64,000 nt of DNA from Balneolaceae bacterium (GTDB lineage Bacteria; Bacteroidota; Rhodothermia; Balneolales; Balneolaceae): the NCBI GenBank assembly GCA_035267805.1, contig DATFLI010000174.1:110-64109 (forward strand), written 5' to 3'. How positions within the stretch are numbered: position 1 is the first letter of the stretch; the number at the start of each line of letters is the position of its first letter. Position numbers and translations under genes: made by a program. Of this stretch, positions 1-9,978 are shown one piece after another. The notes below the pieces were generated by a model. That model did not search any database. It saw only the letters and a program-made list of their open reading frames with translations, and was not told the origin of the DNA.

Positions 1-135
1 CAGGCTGGGTCAAGAGTAGTCGGAGTCAAAACCACCCATACGGCGAGAGAATTAGGTGACTGCCACCTGTTGATCGATGATTTTCAGGGGTTAGAACTGA
101 AACAAATCCTTAATTTAATTAATCTACCAGCTTAA
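1..135 (+). CDS. HAD-superfamily phosphatase (beta-phosphoglucomutase/CbbY-like), C-terminal part; gene begins before the window
   Basis: Manual frame +1 translation gives QAGSRVVGVKTTHTARELGDCHLLIDDFQGLELKQILNLINLPA*. This matches the typical HAD-IA C-terminal pattern AGMxVVGVxTTH...L..ADLVIDDF. Confidence 0.7.
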   Translation, partial: QAGSRVVGVKTTHTARELGDCHLLIDDFQGLELKQILNLINLPA

Positions 136-428
136 CTTAAATAAGGAAACACCGTGACATGGCAACATCAACGAGAGAGACGCCCTTCCATTTGAGGTAT
201 GGATCCACTTCGCGGAACCAAATGATTCTAGATATCCCGCTTGCTCAAGCTTATTATACTGCTGATGGGTAACCTGCTGCGGGCCCCCATCTCCCGCCAC
301 TTTGTGTAGACATTACTGTGATGTTCATCAATCCGATATTGCTGCAAGAACATTTTCTTTTCAGTAATATTCTTTAGCTCAATATTCACTGGAGCATCGG
401 GACCGACCAGATGATTGTCGTGATAATT
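124..428 (-). pseudogene. Truncated, frameshifted C-terminal remnant of a GH39 beta-xylosidase-like gene
   Basis: Manual translation: NYHDNHLVGPDAPVNIELKNITEKKMFLQQYRIDEHHSNVYTKWREMGA, then a 1-nt frameshift near 281-283, then QQVTHQQYNKLEQAGYLESFGSAKWIHTSNGRASLSLMLPCHGVSLFKLSW*. Resembles the GH39 C-terminal motifs YRIDxxHSN, WxxMGSPQ and LPRxGVSL. An in-frame TAA lies just upstream (432-434) and there is no catalytic domain. Confidence 0.75.
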
Positions 429-460
429 CAGTTATTAAAAACTACTAAACCCCAACCAGT

Positions 461-501
461 AAAAAATAAGGGCTCCTGGAAAACTTCCGGATGAGCCCTT
501 A
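461..501 (-). terminator. Intrinsic terminator closing the ara operon
   Basis: Inverted repeat TAAGGGCTC (467-475) / GAGCCCTTA (493-501) next to A6 at 461-466, which is a U-tract on the minus strand. Lies about 50 nt downstream of the symporter stop. Confidence 0.75.
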
Positions 502-549
502 CAAATACTTAATAGTCGAGTAGAGTAGTATCTTACTATACCTAGGCTA

Positions 550-2304
550 TCAACCGGTGAAAACCAGATATGCAACAATTACAGCACCAATTAAAAGTCC
601 GGAAAGTACTACATCTACCCAGTTCCAGCTTTTTCTTGATTCTGCACGGTCATCTGCCGAAAGTGTACCATAAGTCAAACCTGATATCTTTTCATATTCA
701 GGAGGAGCAGTTGCATAACTAACACCAAACATGACTACCACACAGACCAGGAATATGAGTAAACTATAATACTGGAAGAAAATATTATGAATTATCCATA
801 AAAAGGACCCATGCTGATAAGAGAATCCATCAATCAAGGTGGCTGGGGTATCTACTGCCAAGCGGAACAATCCCAGGAAAAATCCAACCCCCAGTGCCCA
901 CAGGCATCCCTCCTTATTCAGTCGTTTGTTGAATATCCCCAAAAAGAAGACCACAAAGATGGGAGGTGCCAAGTAAGATTGCACCCCCTGTAAATATTCA
1001 TAAAGTCCACGGCTTCCTTGAATTACTGGAATCCACAACAACCCGATGACCACCATTACGCCTGTCGCAACTCTTCCCATCCAAACCAACCTTCTTTCTG
1101 AAGCCTCTGGTCTAAATTTACTGTAAAAGTCCATTGTGAAAAGCGTTGAGCAAGCATTAAATACTCCAGCCAGAGAACTCATGAGGGCGGCAAGTAAACC
1201 CGCAACTACAATACCACGAATGCCTACAGGCAGGACATATGCTACCAGCATCGGAAAAGCTCCCTGGGCATTCTCGGTTATGACCTTCCCCTGACTATTA
1301 AGCATATGCTGCTGCAAAGCAGGAACATTGCCGGATTTAGCCAATGCGAAAGCAATAATACCTGGAATAATAAAAATGAAAACAGGCAATATTTTTAAGA
1401 ATCCAGCTGCAATAGAACCACGACGTCCTTGTTTTTCGTTAGGAGCACCCAATGCACGTTGTACGATGTATTGGTCGGTTGTCCAATACCATAAACCTAC
1501 AATAGGTGCGGCAATGAGCATTCCTAACCACGGAAATTGATCATTAAAATACCAAGCCATTTTGCCTTTCTGCATTACCGGTGCCCACGTAGCCTCAACC
1601 CCTTTAGGTACCATGGGCTTCCATAAGTTAAACATCTCGGATCCAGCGATATGATATAATTTATCCCAGCCACCGATGGCTTTAAGGCCATAGATCAAAA
1701 CGAAAACAGAACCAATGATCAAAATAAAGGTTTGTAATGCCTCAGTATAGGCTACTGCCCTAAGCCCGCCTAAGGCTGTATAAAGACCAGTTAAGACAAT
1801 AACTAGTATGGAACCAATCCAAAAGCTGTTCATACCTAAAAAATGTATTTCTGGCAATAAGACACTGAATACAATCCCGCCTGCAAAAATACCCACTGCA
1901 ATTTTTGTTAAGATATAGGCAATTAAAGAAATCCCCGATAACACTGTTCGCGCCGTAGGAGAAAATCTTTTTTCAAGGAATTCAGGCATTGTAAAAACTT
2001 TTGATCGGATGTAGAAAGGTAACATAATCCATCCTAAAACAAGCAAGCACCAAGCTTGCAATTCGTAATGTCCCATGACTACACCAGACGTGGCCCCCGC
2101 CCCCGCAAGTCCAACGAGGTGCTCTGAGCCAATATTTGAAGCAAAGATGGATGTACCAACAATAAGCCATCCCAAATGTCTTCCCGCCAAAAAATAATCC
2201 GTTGGTGTATCTGTCTTTTGTTTGATAACCCACCAAGCAAGTCCAGCAATAATCAGGAAATATAAACCGATTATGACCCAGTCAATGGTTGCAAGTGTTC
2301 CCAT
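550..2304 (-). CDS. Sodium:solute symporter (SSS/SGLT-like), probable L-arabinose permease
   Basis: 584 aa polytopic membrane protein with SSS motifs DYFLAGR, SNIGSEHLVG, TMPEFLEKRF and WYWTTDQYIVQRAL. Last gene of the ara cluster. Confidence 0.9.
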   Translation of the reverse strand: MGTLATIDWVIIGLYFLIIAGLAWWVIKQKTDTPTDYFLAGRHLGWLIVGTSIFASNIGSEHLVGLAGAGATSGVVMGHYELQAWCLLVLGWIMLPFYIRSKVFTMPEFLEKRFSPTARTVLSGISLIAYILTKIAVGIFAGGIVFSVLLPEIHFLGMNSFWIGSILVIVLTGLYTALGGLRAVAYTEALQTFILIIGSVFVLIYGLKAIGGWDKLYHIAGSEMFNLWKPMVPKGVEATWAPVMQKGKMAWYFNDQFPWLGMLIAAPIVGLWYWTTDQYIVQRALGAPNEKQGRRGSIAAGFLKILPVFIFIIPGIIAFALAKSGNVPALQQHMLNSQGKVITENAQGAFPMLVAYVLPVGIRGIVVAGLLAALMSSLAGVFNACSTLFTMDFYSKFRPEASERRLVWMGRVATGVMVVIGLLWIPVIQGSRGLYEYLQGVQSYLAPPIFVVFFLGIFNKRLNKEGCLWALGVGFFLGLFRLAVDTPATLIDGFSYQHGSFLWIIHNIFFQYYSLLIFLVCVVVMFGVSYATAPPEYEKISGLTYGTLSADDRAESRKSWNWVDVVLSGLLIGAVIVAYLVFTG

Positions 2305-2398
2305 AATTTCCCTTTGTTAATTCATTTATAATTGAAATTGTATATGATCCTGAGACTCAATATCCTAATCGCATGATTTTATGGCCTACAGAGTATCT

Positions 2399-2433
2399 AA
2401 AAATGTTCCCCCGCATTTTAAAAAGCAGGGGAA
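2399..2433 (-). terminator. Stem-loop or weak terminator between araA and the symporter
   Basis: Minus-strand RNA reads UUCCCCUGC-loop-GCGGGGGAA (one U-G pair), followed by CAUUUUU. Confidence 0.5.
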
Positions 2434-2447
2434 ATAATTAGGTATAA

Positions 2448-3857
2448 TTATACCTCAACATATTCTATACCGAGTATTCTGCACAACATCTGCCACTTCC
2501 GACGATGGTCACCTAATAATAATGTCTGGTGATGAGTACCTCCTGCTTTTAACCAGCCGTCATTACATTCTCGTAATCCAGAATCTGGTTTAAAGTGGAG
2601 ATATGGCATTTCAATCGTTGGATATTTCTGGGAATCCAATATTTCTCCTTGTGCCGCTACCAATCGGAATTTCTCTCCAACCAAATGTACTAACGAAACG
2701 ATAGTAGCCGGACCGGGTTCTACCCGAAAAACGGTAGTTGGTGGATTATTTAAATCACCAATACCCAGCTCACGATTAGCCAGACGTACCGGTTCATCTT
2801 TTCGGGCAACTTTCCAATTACCTTCTCCCATGTGGCTCATCAGCATGGAATCTCTTTTAAAATCCATGGCATACATTTCTGTGAAGTGAGCATCCGAATC
2901 CAATATATGACCCGCAGCTACCATGCTAGCGGTATTAGTATCCCCTTCTGCCGCATAGCCGTAACCTTCAGCCATCAGGTTAGAGGCTGCCAGCATATTA
3001 ATTTGATCAAAGCGTCCATCTCCTTTAAAAGTATCGAAGTGGGCAGAAAACCCTCTGTAATTGCCATCTTCAAGGAATTTCTTGAATCCTAAATACATAC
3101 GAACGGCGTATCGGAAATTTTTATCGGGCATGTCGTCATCTACATCAAAACGTTCTTGCTCTACAGCCATCTGTTTTTCTACCTCTTCGGTAGAAAATTT
3201 CTCCATATTTCTAAATACCTGACCAATATATTCCCGGTTTACTTCCGGACCAACTACCCTGGTAAAGGCAGCTTCATCCGACAAGGTATCTCCCATACCA
3301 TGCATCTTGCCAATTGATGCAATTTTCATCTTCTTCAACTCTGATGCGGCTTGTGCAGCAGCCGCCCAATCGCCTACATATTCTTTAAATTCCTCGCTCT
3401 TCCAATCAGCTGAAATCACCTCGAAATTATCACCAACGGTACGGATGATGGCATTGGCCATATCCTGTGCGCCATGGATCCCCTGGTTATATGTCAAATC
3501 ATCCATATCCCAGTCGGTTGTCACCTCAGGAACCGGCTGAATATTAGCCAGCAATAAGGGTAAACTGTTATTTTGTAATGCCCGAACCGTACGCATAGCA
3601 GGGCCATATGTAAGCATAACAATCATCACACCATCAAGTCCCTGCTGATTAAATCCACCTAATATTTCTTCAATATCATTTCTATTTCGAGCTGCTCGGG
3701 GGAACTCCCAATCAGCTACATCACTTAGTTGCCCAATAACTTCGCGGGCGTATTTCTCCTGGTGTTCTGTAATATTGGGAATATCGTCATCATAAAGTTC
3801 CTGCATTATTCCTAACAACCCGATTCTGGGCTTACGCTGTTGTATCATTTTTTCCAA
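2448..3857 (-). CDS. araA: L-arabinose isomerase family protein (non-canonical AraA type)
   Basis: 469 aa. Has LMAEGYGYAAEGD, FTEMY, SHMGEG and GGTHH, corresponding to AraA catalytic and metal residues, plus NQGIHG. Directly follows araB-araD. Alternative ATG at 3848. Confidence 0.8.
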   Translation of the reverse strand: MEKMIQQRKPRIGLLGIMQELYDDDIPNITEHQEKYAREVIGQLSDVADWEFPRAARNRNDIEEILGGFNQQGLDGVMIVMLTYGPAMRTVRALQNNSLPLLLANIQPVPEVTTDWDMDDLTYNQGIHGAQDMANAIIRTVGDNFEVISADWKSEEFKEYVGDWAAAAQAASELKKMKIASIGKMHGMGDTLSDEAAFTRVVGPEVNREYIGQVFRNMEKFSTEEVEKQMAVEQERFDVDDDMPDKNFRYAVRMYLGFKKFLEDGNYRGFSAHFDTFKGDGRFDQINMLAASNLMAEGYGYAAEGDTNTASMVAAGHILDSDAHFTEMYAMDFKRDSMLMSHMGEGNWKVARKDEPVRLANRELGIGDLNNPPTTVFRVEPGPATIVSLVHLVGEKFRLVAAQGEILDSQKYPTIEMPYLHFKPDSGLRECNDGWLKAGGTHHQTLLLGDHRRKWQMLCRILGIEYVEV

Positions 3858-3877
3858 TTTCTGATTTAATATTTCTA

Positions 3878-4582
3878 TTAATTTTCTTGTCCGTAATAAG
3901 CATCATCCCCATGCTTTCGCTCCCAATGCTTTTTAATAAGTGAATCTTTTAACCGGGGGGCATCGGGGTGAATTTGCAGTGAGAGATAGGCCATCTTGGC
4001 TACTTCTTCTAAGACTGCGCTATTATAAACCGCTTTCTCTGCCGTGTCACCCCAGGTAAATGGCGCATGATTTGCGACCAAGACCATCTCCACTTCTTCG
4101 TAGGATAACCCCCGATCTTTAAATGCATTAATAATCTGATAACCAGTCTGTTCTTCATAATCTCCTTGGATCATTTCATCACTCATAACCGGTGCACAAG
4201 GAACATCTTGAGTAAGATGATCAGCATGCGTCGTACCCATAATAGGTATATCCTGCTGGGTCTGGGCCCATGCCGTTCCATACGTAGAATGGGTATGCAC
4301 GATCCCACCGATATTTTCCCAATGTTTATAAAGAACAGCGTGAGTCTCTGTGTCGGATGAGGGGCGCATATCACCCTCAACTACATTCGCGTCGAAATCA
4401 ACAATAACAATATCTTCCGGCCTCAGTTTTTCGTAAGGCACCCCACTGGGTTTTATAGCAAATACTTCTCGCTCGCGATCTACGGCGCTGGCATTACCAA
4501 AGGTGAATAATACCAACCCAAGTTCGGGCAATTGCATATTACTCTCGTAAACAATCTCTTTTAGTTCTTTAAACTCACTCAT
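3878..4582 (-). CDS. araD: L-ribulose-5-phosphate 4-epimerase
   Basis: Class II aldolase motifs FTFGNAS, IKPSGV, PSSDTETH, GGIVHTHS, GTTHADH and C-terminal RKHGDDAYYGQ. Confidence 0.97.
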   Translation of the reverse strand: MSEFKELKEIVYESNMQLPELGLVLFTFGNASAVDREREVFAIKPSGVPYEKLRPEDIVIVDFDANVVEGDMRPSSDTETHAVLYKHWENIGGIVHTHSTYGTAWAQTQQDIPIMGTTHADHLTQDVPCAPVMSDEMIQGDYEEQTGYQIINAFKDRGLSYEEVEMVLVANHAPFTWGDTAEKAVYNSAVLEEVAKMAYLSLQIHPDAPRLKDSLIKKHWERKHGDDAYYGQEN

Positions 4583-6285
4583 TGAGTTATTTTCTCCTCT
4601 GTATATTGTTCTCTGGTTCGATTTTCAATGAAATTTCCAAATGACTTATATTCTTTATACAAATCCTGGTATTGTTTAGCTTTTTCGGCTTCAGGCTCAT
4701 AGATTTTTCCAAATCCCTTTCCCATCGCATCCTTGGCTTGGGTAACATCATCATAAATACCCGAGGCTGTGGCTGCAAACATGGCAGCCCCACGGGCACA
4801 AACCAGATCTGCCTTCACAATCTTGATCGGCATATCAAGTACATTGGCTAAAGTCTGCATGATGTAAGGCGATTTATTAGCTACCCCACCTAAGCCGATA
4901 ATTCCATCAATATGTACCCCTTCACCTTCAAAACGATCGACGATGGCCTTCGCTCCAAAACAAGTGGCCTCTACAAGTGCTTTAAGAATTCGGGGTGCAC
5001 CGCTGCCCAGATCAAGTCCCTCAATGGCACCTTTAAGTAACTGATCGGCATCCGGAGATCTTCTTCCGTTCAACCAATCCAAAGCAACAATCCCCGTATC
5101 AACCGCGTCAATCTGTGAAGCCTGATCCAATAACATATTCAGCATCTTATCATTTGCTTCGTCCAGCAAGGCTTGTTTTTGCTCTTTAGGAATTATTTCA
5201 GTCTGCTGAATGATTCCAGTCATTGGATTCAAAATCACATCTTTAAACCAAGCATAAACGTCACCAAATGCAGACTGTCCGGCCTCAAGTCCCACCATGC
5301 CTGGTATAACAGAACCGTCAACTTGTCCACAAATGCCCTGTACCAGATTGTCCTGAATATCTTCATAGGGAGCTACCATGATATCGCAAGTAGAAGTACC
5401 CATAACCTTGCTTAAGTAATAAGGTTCGATTTCCCCACCAACTGCTCCCATATGGGCATCAAAAGCTCCAACCCCAATGACAACATCTTTCGGCAATCCC
5501 AGCTTCTCAGCCCATTCTTTAGAAATGGTTCCGGCAGGTATATCAGAAGTATAGCTATGATTGAAAAGACGCTCACGAATTCCCGACAATAGAGGATCCA
5601 GTTTAGTAAGAAACTGTTGGCTCGGCAACCCATCAAATTCTTCATTCCACAAAGCTTTATGCCCTGCTGCACAACGGCTTCTCTTCATATTGTGCACATC
5701 TGTCCCCCCTGTTAACTCATAGGGAATCCAATCGCAGAGTTCTACCCATGAATAAGCGGCTTTACGAATTTCTTTATCCTCACGAATAGTATGCAGCATC
5801 TTAGCCCAGAACCATTCTGATGAATATATGCCCCCAACATATTTGGTATAATCCGGGCCATCCCAAGATTTGGCCAAACTGGTAATTTCATCGGCTTCTT
5901 TTACGGCTGTATGATCTTTCCACAGGATGAACATGGCATTGGGATTTTCAGCAAACTCATCAGAAAGAGCCAAAGGCTTCCCCCTTCTATCTACTGCTAC
6001 CGGGGTTGAGCCGGTCGTATCAACCGAAATACCCCTGACCTGCTTTACCACTTCATCCGGCACACTTTCTAATACTTCTTTAAGTGTTTTTTCTAAACCT
6101 TCCAGGTAATCCAGCGGGTGATGTCGAAATTGATTTTCTGTACTATCGCAATATAATCCTTTCTGCCAGCGGGAATATTGATGAACAGCTTCTGCCTGTT
6201 GATTTCCTTGTTCGTCCAACAAAACAGAACGTACCGAATCAGTCCCGTAATCAACTCCAATTACATATTTTTTTGATGACTTCAT
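4579..6285 (-). CDS. araB: Ribulokinase
   Basis: FGGY kinase motifs GVDYGTDSVR, LWKDHTA, YSSEWFWAK, RCAAGHKALW, GICGQVDGS and LDWLNGRR. Overlaps araD by 4 bp (ATGA). Confidence 0.96.
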   Translation of the reverse strand: MKSSKKYVIGVDYGTDSVRSVLLDEQGNQQAEAVHQYSRWQKGLYCDSTENQFRHHPLDYLEGLEKTLKEVLESVPDEVVKQVRGISVDTTGSTPVAVDRRGKPLALSDEFAENPNAMFILWKDHTAVKEADEITSLAKSWDGPDYTKYVGGIYSSEWFWAKMLHTIREDKEIRKAAYSWVELCDWIPYELTGGTDVHNMKRSRCAAGHKALWNEEFDGLPSQQFLTKLDPLLSGIRERLFNHSYTSDIPAGTISKEWAEKLGLPKDVVIGVGAFDAHMGAVGGEIEPYYLSKVMGTSTCDIMVAPYEDIQDNLVQGICGQVDGSVIPGMVGLEAGQSAFGDVYAWFKDVILNPMTGIIQQTEIIPKEQKQALLDEANDKMLNMLLDQASQIDAVDTGIVALDWLNGRRSPDADQLLKGAIEGLDLGSGAPRILKALVEATCFGAKAIVDRFEGEGVHIDGIIGLGGVANKSPYIMQTLANVLDMPIKIVKADLVCARGAAMFAATASGIYDDVTQAKDAMGKGFGKIYEPEAEKAKQYQDLYKEYKSFGNFIENRTREQYTEEKITQ

Positions 6286-6355
6286 ACTATCGATCTTTCT
6301 TGTTTTCCTAATGGAATATTTGCATCACATATTCTAAAGCATAACGATAAATTAA

Positions 6356-6376
6356 TAAGTGTAATTTTAACGCTTT
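6356..6376. promoter_or_regulatory. Putative AraR operator upstream of araB
   Basis: TAAGTGT-AATTTTA-ACGCTTT fits the GT-N7-AC palindrome typical of NrtR-family sites. Overlaps a candidate minus-strand -10 (TAAAAT, 6364-6369). Confidence 0.75.
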
Positions 6377-6428
6377 TTTAATCTGTCCACAAATATCCAT
6401 CTAATTTTCATTAAAAAATTAAATCTTA

Positions 6429-7133
6429 TTACAATTTGATAGGCTTAAAGATCAGACTATCCCCGTTATTTACTTTCGAGTAATAAGCCTCCTCATCAAA
6501 TTTGTAAAGGTATGCTCCTTTTTTGGAATATTTCTTTTGCTTCTCATCCGTCTTAATAAGAACATCCATAGAAAGAATTCGGCGCCTGAAATTCCGTTTA
6601 TCCAACTCTGTTTCATAAATGGCTTCATACAATATTTGCAATTCAGGCAGAGTAAATTTTTCCGGTAACAGTTCAAATCCTACAGGTTCATGTGAAGCCC
6701 TGTATTGGAGACGAGATTTTGCAGCCTCAACCATTGCTTCATGATCAAAAATAAGATCGGGCAAATTATCTATGGGGAACCATTTGGCGCTATATTTTTC
6801 TACCAATTCCTTATCATGTTCCCTGATATTGATGAGTGCGTAGTAGGCAATCGAAATAGTTCGTTCTACAGGATCGCGATCAACTTCGCCAAATCCATAC
6901 AGTTGCTCGAGGTACACATTTTTGAGTCCTGTTAATTTGTGAAGTACTCGATCGGCGGCTTCATCCAAACTCTCCTCTTTATTCAAGAACCCACCCATAA
7001 GAGACCAATTCCCTTTTTCAGGTTCAAAGTCTCTTTTAATGAGCAATAGCTTTAGGCCACTTCTGTCAAAGCCAAAGATAATACAATCTACTGCTACAAG
7101 AATACGATCATGTTCATCATAATAATTTGACAT
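6429..7133 (-). CDS. araR: NrtR-family (Nudix + winged HTH) arabinose-responsive repressor
   Basis: VAVDCIIFGF, WSLMGGF, LEQLYGFGEVDRDP, FELLPEKFTL and LDKRNFRRRI. Embedded in the ara locus. Likely start is ATG 7133 (MSNYYD); the track start is 7181. Confidence 0.9.
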   Translation of the reverse strand: MSNYYDEHDRILVAVDCIIFGFDRSGLKLLLIKRDFEPEKGNWSLMGGFLNKEESLDEAADRVLHKLTGLKNVYLEQLYGFGEVDRDPVERTISIAYYALINIREHDKELVEKYSAKWFPIDNLPDLIFDHEAMVEAAKSRLQYRASHEPVGFELLPEKFTLPELQILYEAIYETELDKRNFRRRILSMDVLIKTDEKQKKYSKKGAYLYKFDEEAYYSKVNNGDSLIFKPIKL

Positions 7134-7190
7134 AATAATTCTAACTAATACTTTATTCAGATTTTTTATCTGATAATACAATCATTCTTA

Positions 7191-8735
7191 CTATCTAATT
7201 TTCAAAACTATAACAGATTTAGAGGGCAAGCGCAACGTTAACTGGCTATCATGCAAGTTATAATTGGAGTAATCTTTAGGGGATACATTATCTGGATCGT
7301 CAAAAGTATTAATTGCATCTACTGCATCGGCCGTTAGAATCCTAGCATTGCTCACTCCTTTAACATTCATCCCCCGAATATCCACTGTGACCGTTCGGCT
7401 CTCACTAGCATGCAGATTCGTTACTGTAAGATGAATAGCTCCCGTACTATCTTTTGACGCCGTACTACTAAGACCGGGAATACTTTCGTCTTTATATGTA
7501 TATTTATCAGCATTTAAATACGTTGGTAGCAGCTGCGCATCATGGTGCACTTTATAAAAATCGAAAACCCAATAAGTTGGCGTTTTGAACATTTTCTTAC
7601 CATCGGTCATAACCATTGCCTGTAGTACATTTACAGTCTGAGCAATATTGGCCATGCGAACCCGGTCGCTGTGGTGATTGAAAATATCCAGTGTTGTTGA
7701 AGCAATAAGTGCATCCCGCAAAGAATTTTGCTGACGCAGGAATCCAGGATGTGACCCGGGAAGTGGATCGGTCCATATTCCCCACTCATCAACAGCCAAA
7801 GCTATTCTTTTTTGGGGATCATATTTATCCATGCGCGTTTCGTGGCCTTCGATCAATTTTTTGATTCGTAACCCCTGTTTAAGACCATGAAAATACATAT
7901 TCTCTCCAAAATCTTTAGAAGGTCCTTTATGCTGCCAATTACCAGTAGCCAAGGTGTAATAATGGAGTGAAATTGCATTCATCATATATCCAGCCTTTTT
8001 GACTAATGTCTCTGTCCAATCGTAGTGATCATTTGAAAAACCGCTCGCTATTTTAAAAAGGTGATTGCCACTAAAATCCTTGGCAAACGTTGCGTAACGA
8101 CGATAAAGATCAGCATAGTAATCAGCCGGCATATTGCCACCACATCCCCAGCTTTCGTTGCCAATACCTAAAAACTTGACTTTCCAGGGTTTATCGCGAC
8201 CATTTTTACGACGAAGATTAGCCAGCGTACTATTGCCACCATAGGTCATATATTCAATCCAATTAGCCATCTCCTCTACGGTTCCGCTTCCGACGTTAGC
8301 TGAGATATAACGATCAGTACCCAACATATCGGTCAGCTCCATAAATTCATGCGTACCCACCTGGTTGTGTTCCAAAACCCCGCCCCAATGGGTGTTGATG
8401 CGAACCGGACGCTGATCACGGGGACCGATACCATCCCTCCAATGATACTCATCTGCGAAACATCCCCCTGGCCAGCGAATGTCGGGAATATTTAATTCTT
8501 TAAGAGCATTTACCACATCATTCCGGAAACCATCGGTATTAGGAATATCTGAATCTTCTCCAACCCATAACCCTCCATATATGCCTTTACCCAAATGTTC
8601 GGAAAACTGCCCGTAGATATACTTGCTTATCTTATTTTGTGGTTGGTCAGCCTCAACGACAATCTTGTCTTGAGCAGCCAGACGACTGAAACTGCTGAAT
8701 AGTAAAACAACGGATAAAAATAGAATCTTTTTCAT
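7191..8735 (-). CDS. GH51 alpha-L-arabinofuranosidase, secreted
   Basis: Signal peptide plus YGQFSEHLG, RWPGGCFAD, GIGNESWGCGG, DEWGIW and MANIAQTVNVLQ. Confidence 0.95.
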   Translation of the reverse strand: MKKILFLSVVLLFSSFSRLAAQDKIVVEADQPQNKISKYIYGQFSEHLGKGIYGGLWVGEDSDIPNTDGFRNDVVNALKELNIPDIRWPGGCFADEYHWRDGIGPRDQRPVRINTHWGGVLEHNQVGTHEFMELTDMLGTDRYISANVGSGTVEEMANWIEYMTYGGNSTLANLRRKNGRDKPWKVKFLGIGNESWGCGGNMPADYYADLYRRYATFAKDFSGNHLFKIASGFSNDHYDWTETLVKKAGYMMNAISLHYYTLATGNWQHKGPSKDFGENMYFHGLKQGLRIKKLIEGHETRMDKYDPQKRIALAVDEWGIWTDPLPGSHPGFLRQQNSLRDALIASTTLDIFNHHSDRVRMANIAQTVNVLQAMVMTDGKKMFKTPTYWVFDFYKVHHDAQLLPTYLNADKYTYKDESIPGLSSTASKDSTGAIHLTVTNLHASESRTVTVDIRGMNVKGVSNARILTADAVDAINTFDDPDNVSPKDYSNYNLHDSQLTLRLPSKSVIVLKIR

Positions 8736-8759
8736 ACTGATGATATTGATAACTTATGA

Positions 8760-9962
8760 CTAATTTTGGTTAGCGGGATTTTCCTCTGTATTAGAGAATT
8801 TATAAATAGTAAGCTGATGATAGGTCTCACCCGGTTTAAGTATTGTTGATGGAAAATTCGACTGGTTCGGTGAATTCGGATAATGCTGAGTTTCAAGACA
8901 CAAGGCGCCATGCTGAACGAAATGGTATCCATTCTGTCCTACCAGACTACCATCGAGAAAATTACCGGAATAAAATTGGACGCCCGGTTGTGTGGTAAAT
9001 ACGTTCAGCTCACGACCACTGGAGGGATCATAAACCGTAGCGGCGTGATATAAAGAATCCGACTTAGAACGATTAAGTACAAAATTATGATCGTAGCCGC
9101 CTTCGGTTTGATCAAATCGAGAGCCAATAGTATGAAACTCAGTAAAATCAAAGGGGGTATCTTTAACCGAGGGTACATCACCAGTAGGAATTAACTCATC
9201 ATTAACCGGTGTATAGTGATCGGCATTAATTTTGAGTTCATAATTCATTACCGTTTGGTCTGGCTGACCACTCAAATTAAAATAGCTATGATTAGTCAAA
9301 TTGATAGGAGTCGCTTTATCTGTTGTAGCCTTATACTCAATCTTCAATCCATTGTCGTTGGTTAAGGAATATGTTACAGTTACCTGCACACTTCCGGGAA
9401 AGCCTTCTTCCCCATCTTTGCTTAAATAACTGAGTTCCAAAGCACCATCATCAGTTGTTTCCGCATTCCATAATCTGCGATCGAACCCCCGGGTTCCTCC
9501 ATGAAGAGTATTTTTACCGTCATTTGCAGGAAGCGAATATTCTTTACCGTTAAGAGTAAATTTGGCATTAGCAATACGGTTAGCATACCGACCAATTATG
9601 GCTCCAAAATAGGTTTTGGGACCCAAATACTTCTTCAGGGAATCAAAACCAAGTACTACACTACCCATTTTGCCATCTTTATCTGGTGTACGAATGTTAG
9701 TGACCCGTGCCCCGTAATTGGTAATCTGTACTTTCAAATTATCGTCGTTGGAAAGGGTATAAAGATATGCCTGGCGGCTATCTTCCATTTTCCCAAACTT
9801 TTCTTTAGTGATCTGAGGTTTTTTCCCAGTATCAGTTTTACTTTGTGTACATCCAATTATCAGGGCCGATAAAGTACCTAAAACAAGTACAACATTCATT
9901 AATCCATGTCCTATATGTTGTGGACAACTCAATACTGATGTCATATTCTTTTCTAAGTTCAT
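8760..9962 (-). CDS. galM: Aldose 1-epimerase (mutarotase), probable lipoprotein
   Basis: GRYANRI, LHGG, NLTNHSYFNL, GYDHNF and CLETQHYP. Hydrophobic N-terminus ending LIIG-C. Likely start near 9899. Confidence 0.93.
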   Translation of the reverse strand: MNLEKNMTSVLSCPQHIGHGLMNVVLVLGTLSALIIGCTQSKTDTGKKPQITKEKFGKMEDSRQAYLYTLSNDDNLKVQITNYGARVTNIRTPDKDGKMGSVVLGFDSLKKYLGPKTYFGAIIGRYANRIANAKFTLNGKEYSLPANDGKNTLHGGTRGFDRRLWNAETTDDGALELSYLSKDGEEGFPGSVQVTVTYSLTNDNGLKIEYKATTDKATPINLTNHSYFNLSGQPDQTVMNYELKINADHYTPVNDELIPTGDVPSVKDTPFDFTEFHTIGSRFDQTEGGYDHNFVLNRSKSDSLYHAATVYDPSSGRELNVFTTQPGVQFYSGNFLDGSLVGQNGYHFVQHGALCLETQHYPNSPNQSNFPSTILKPGETYHQLTIYKFSNTEENPANQN

Positions 9963-9978
9963 TATTATTTAAGTTTAG

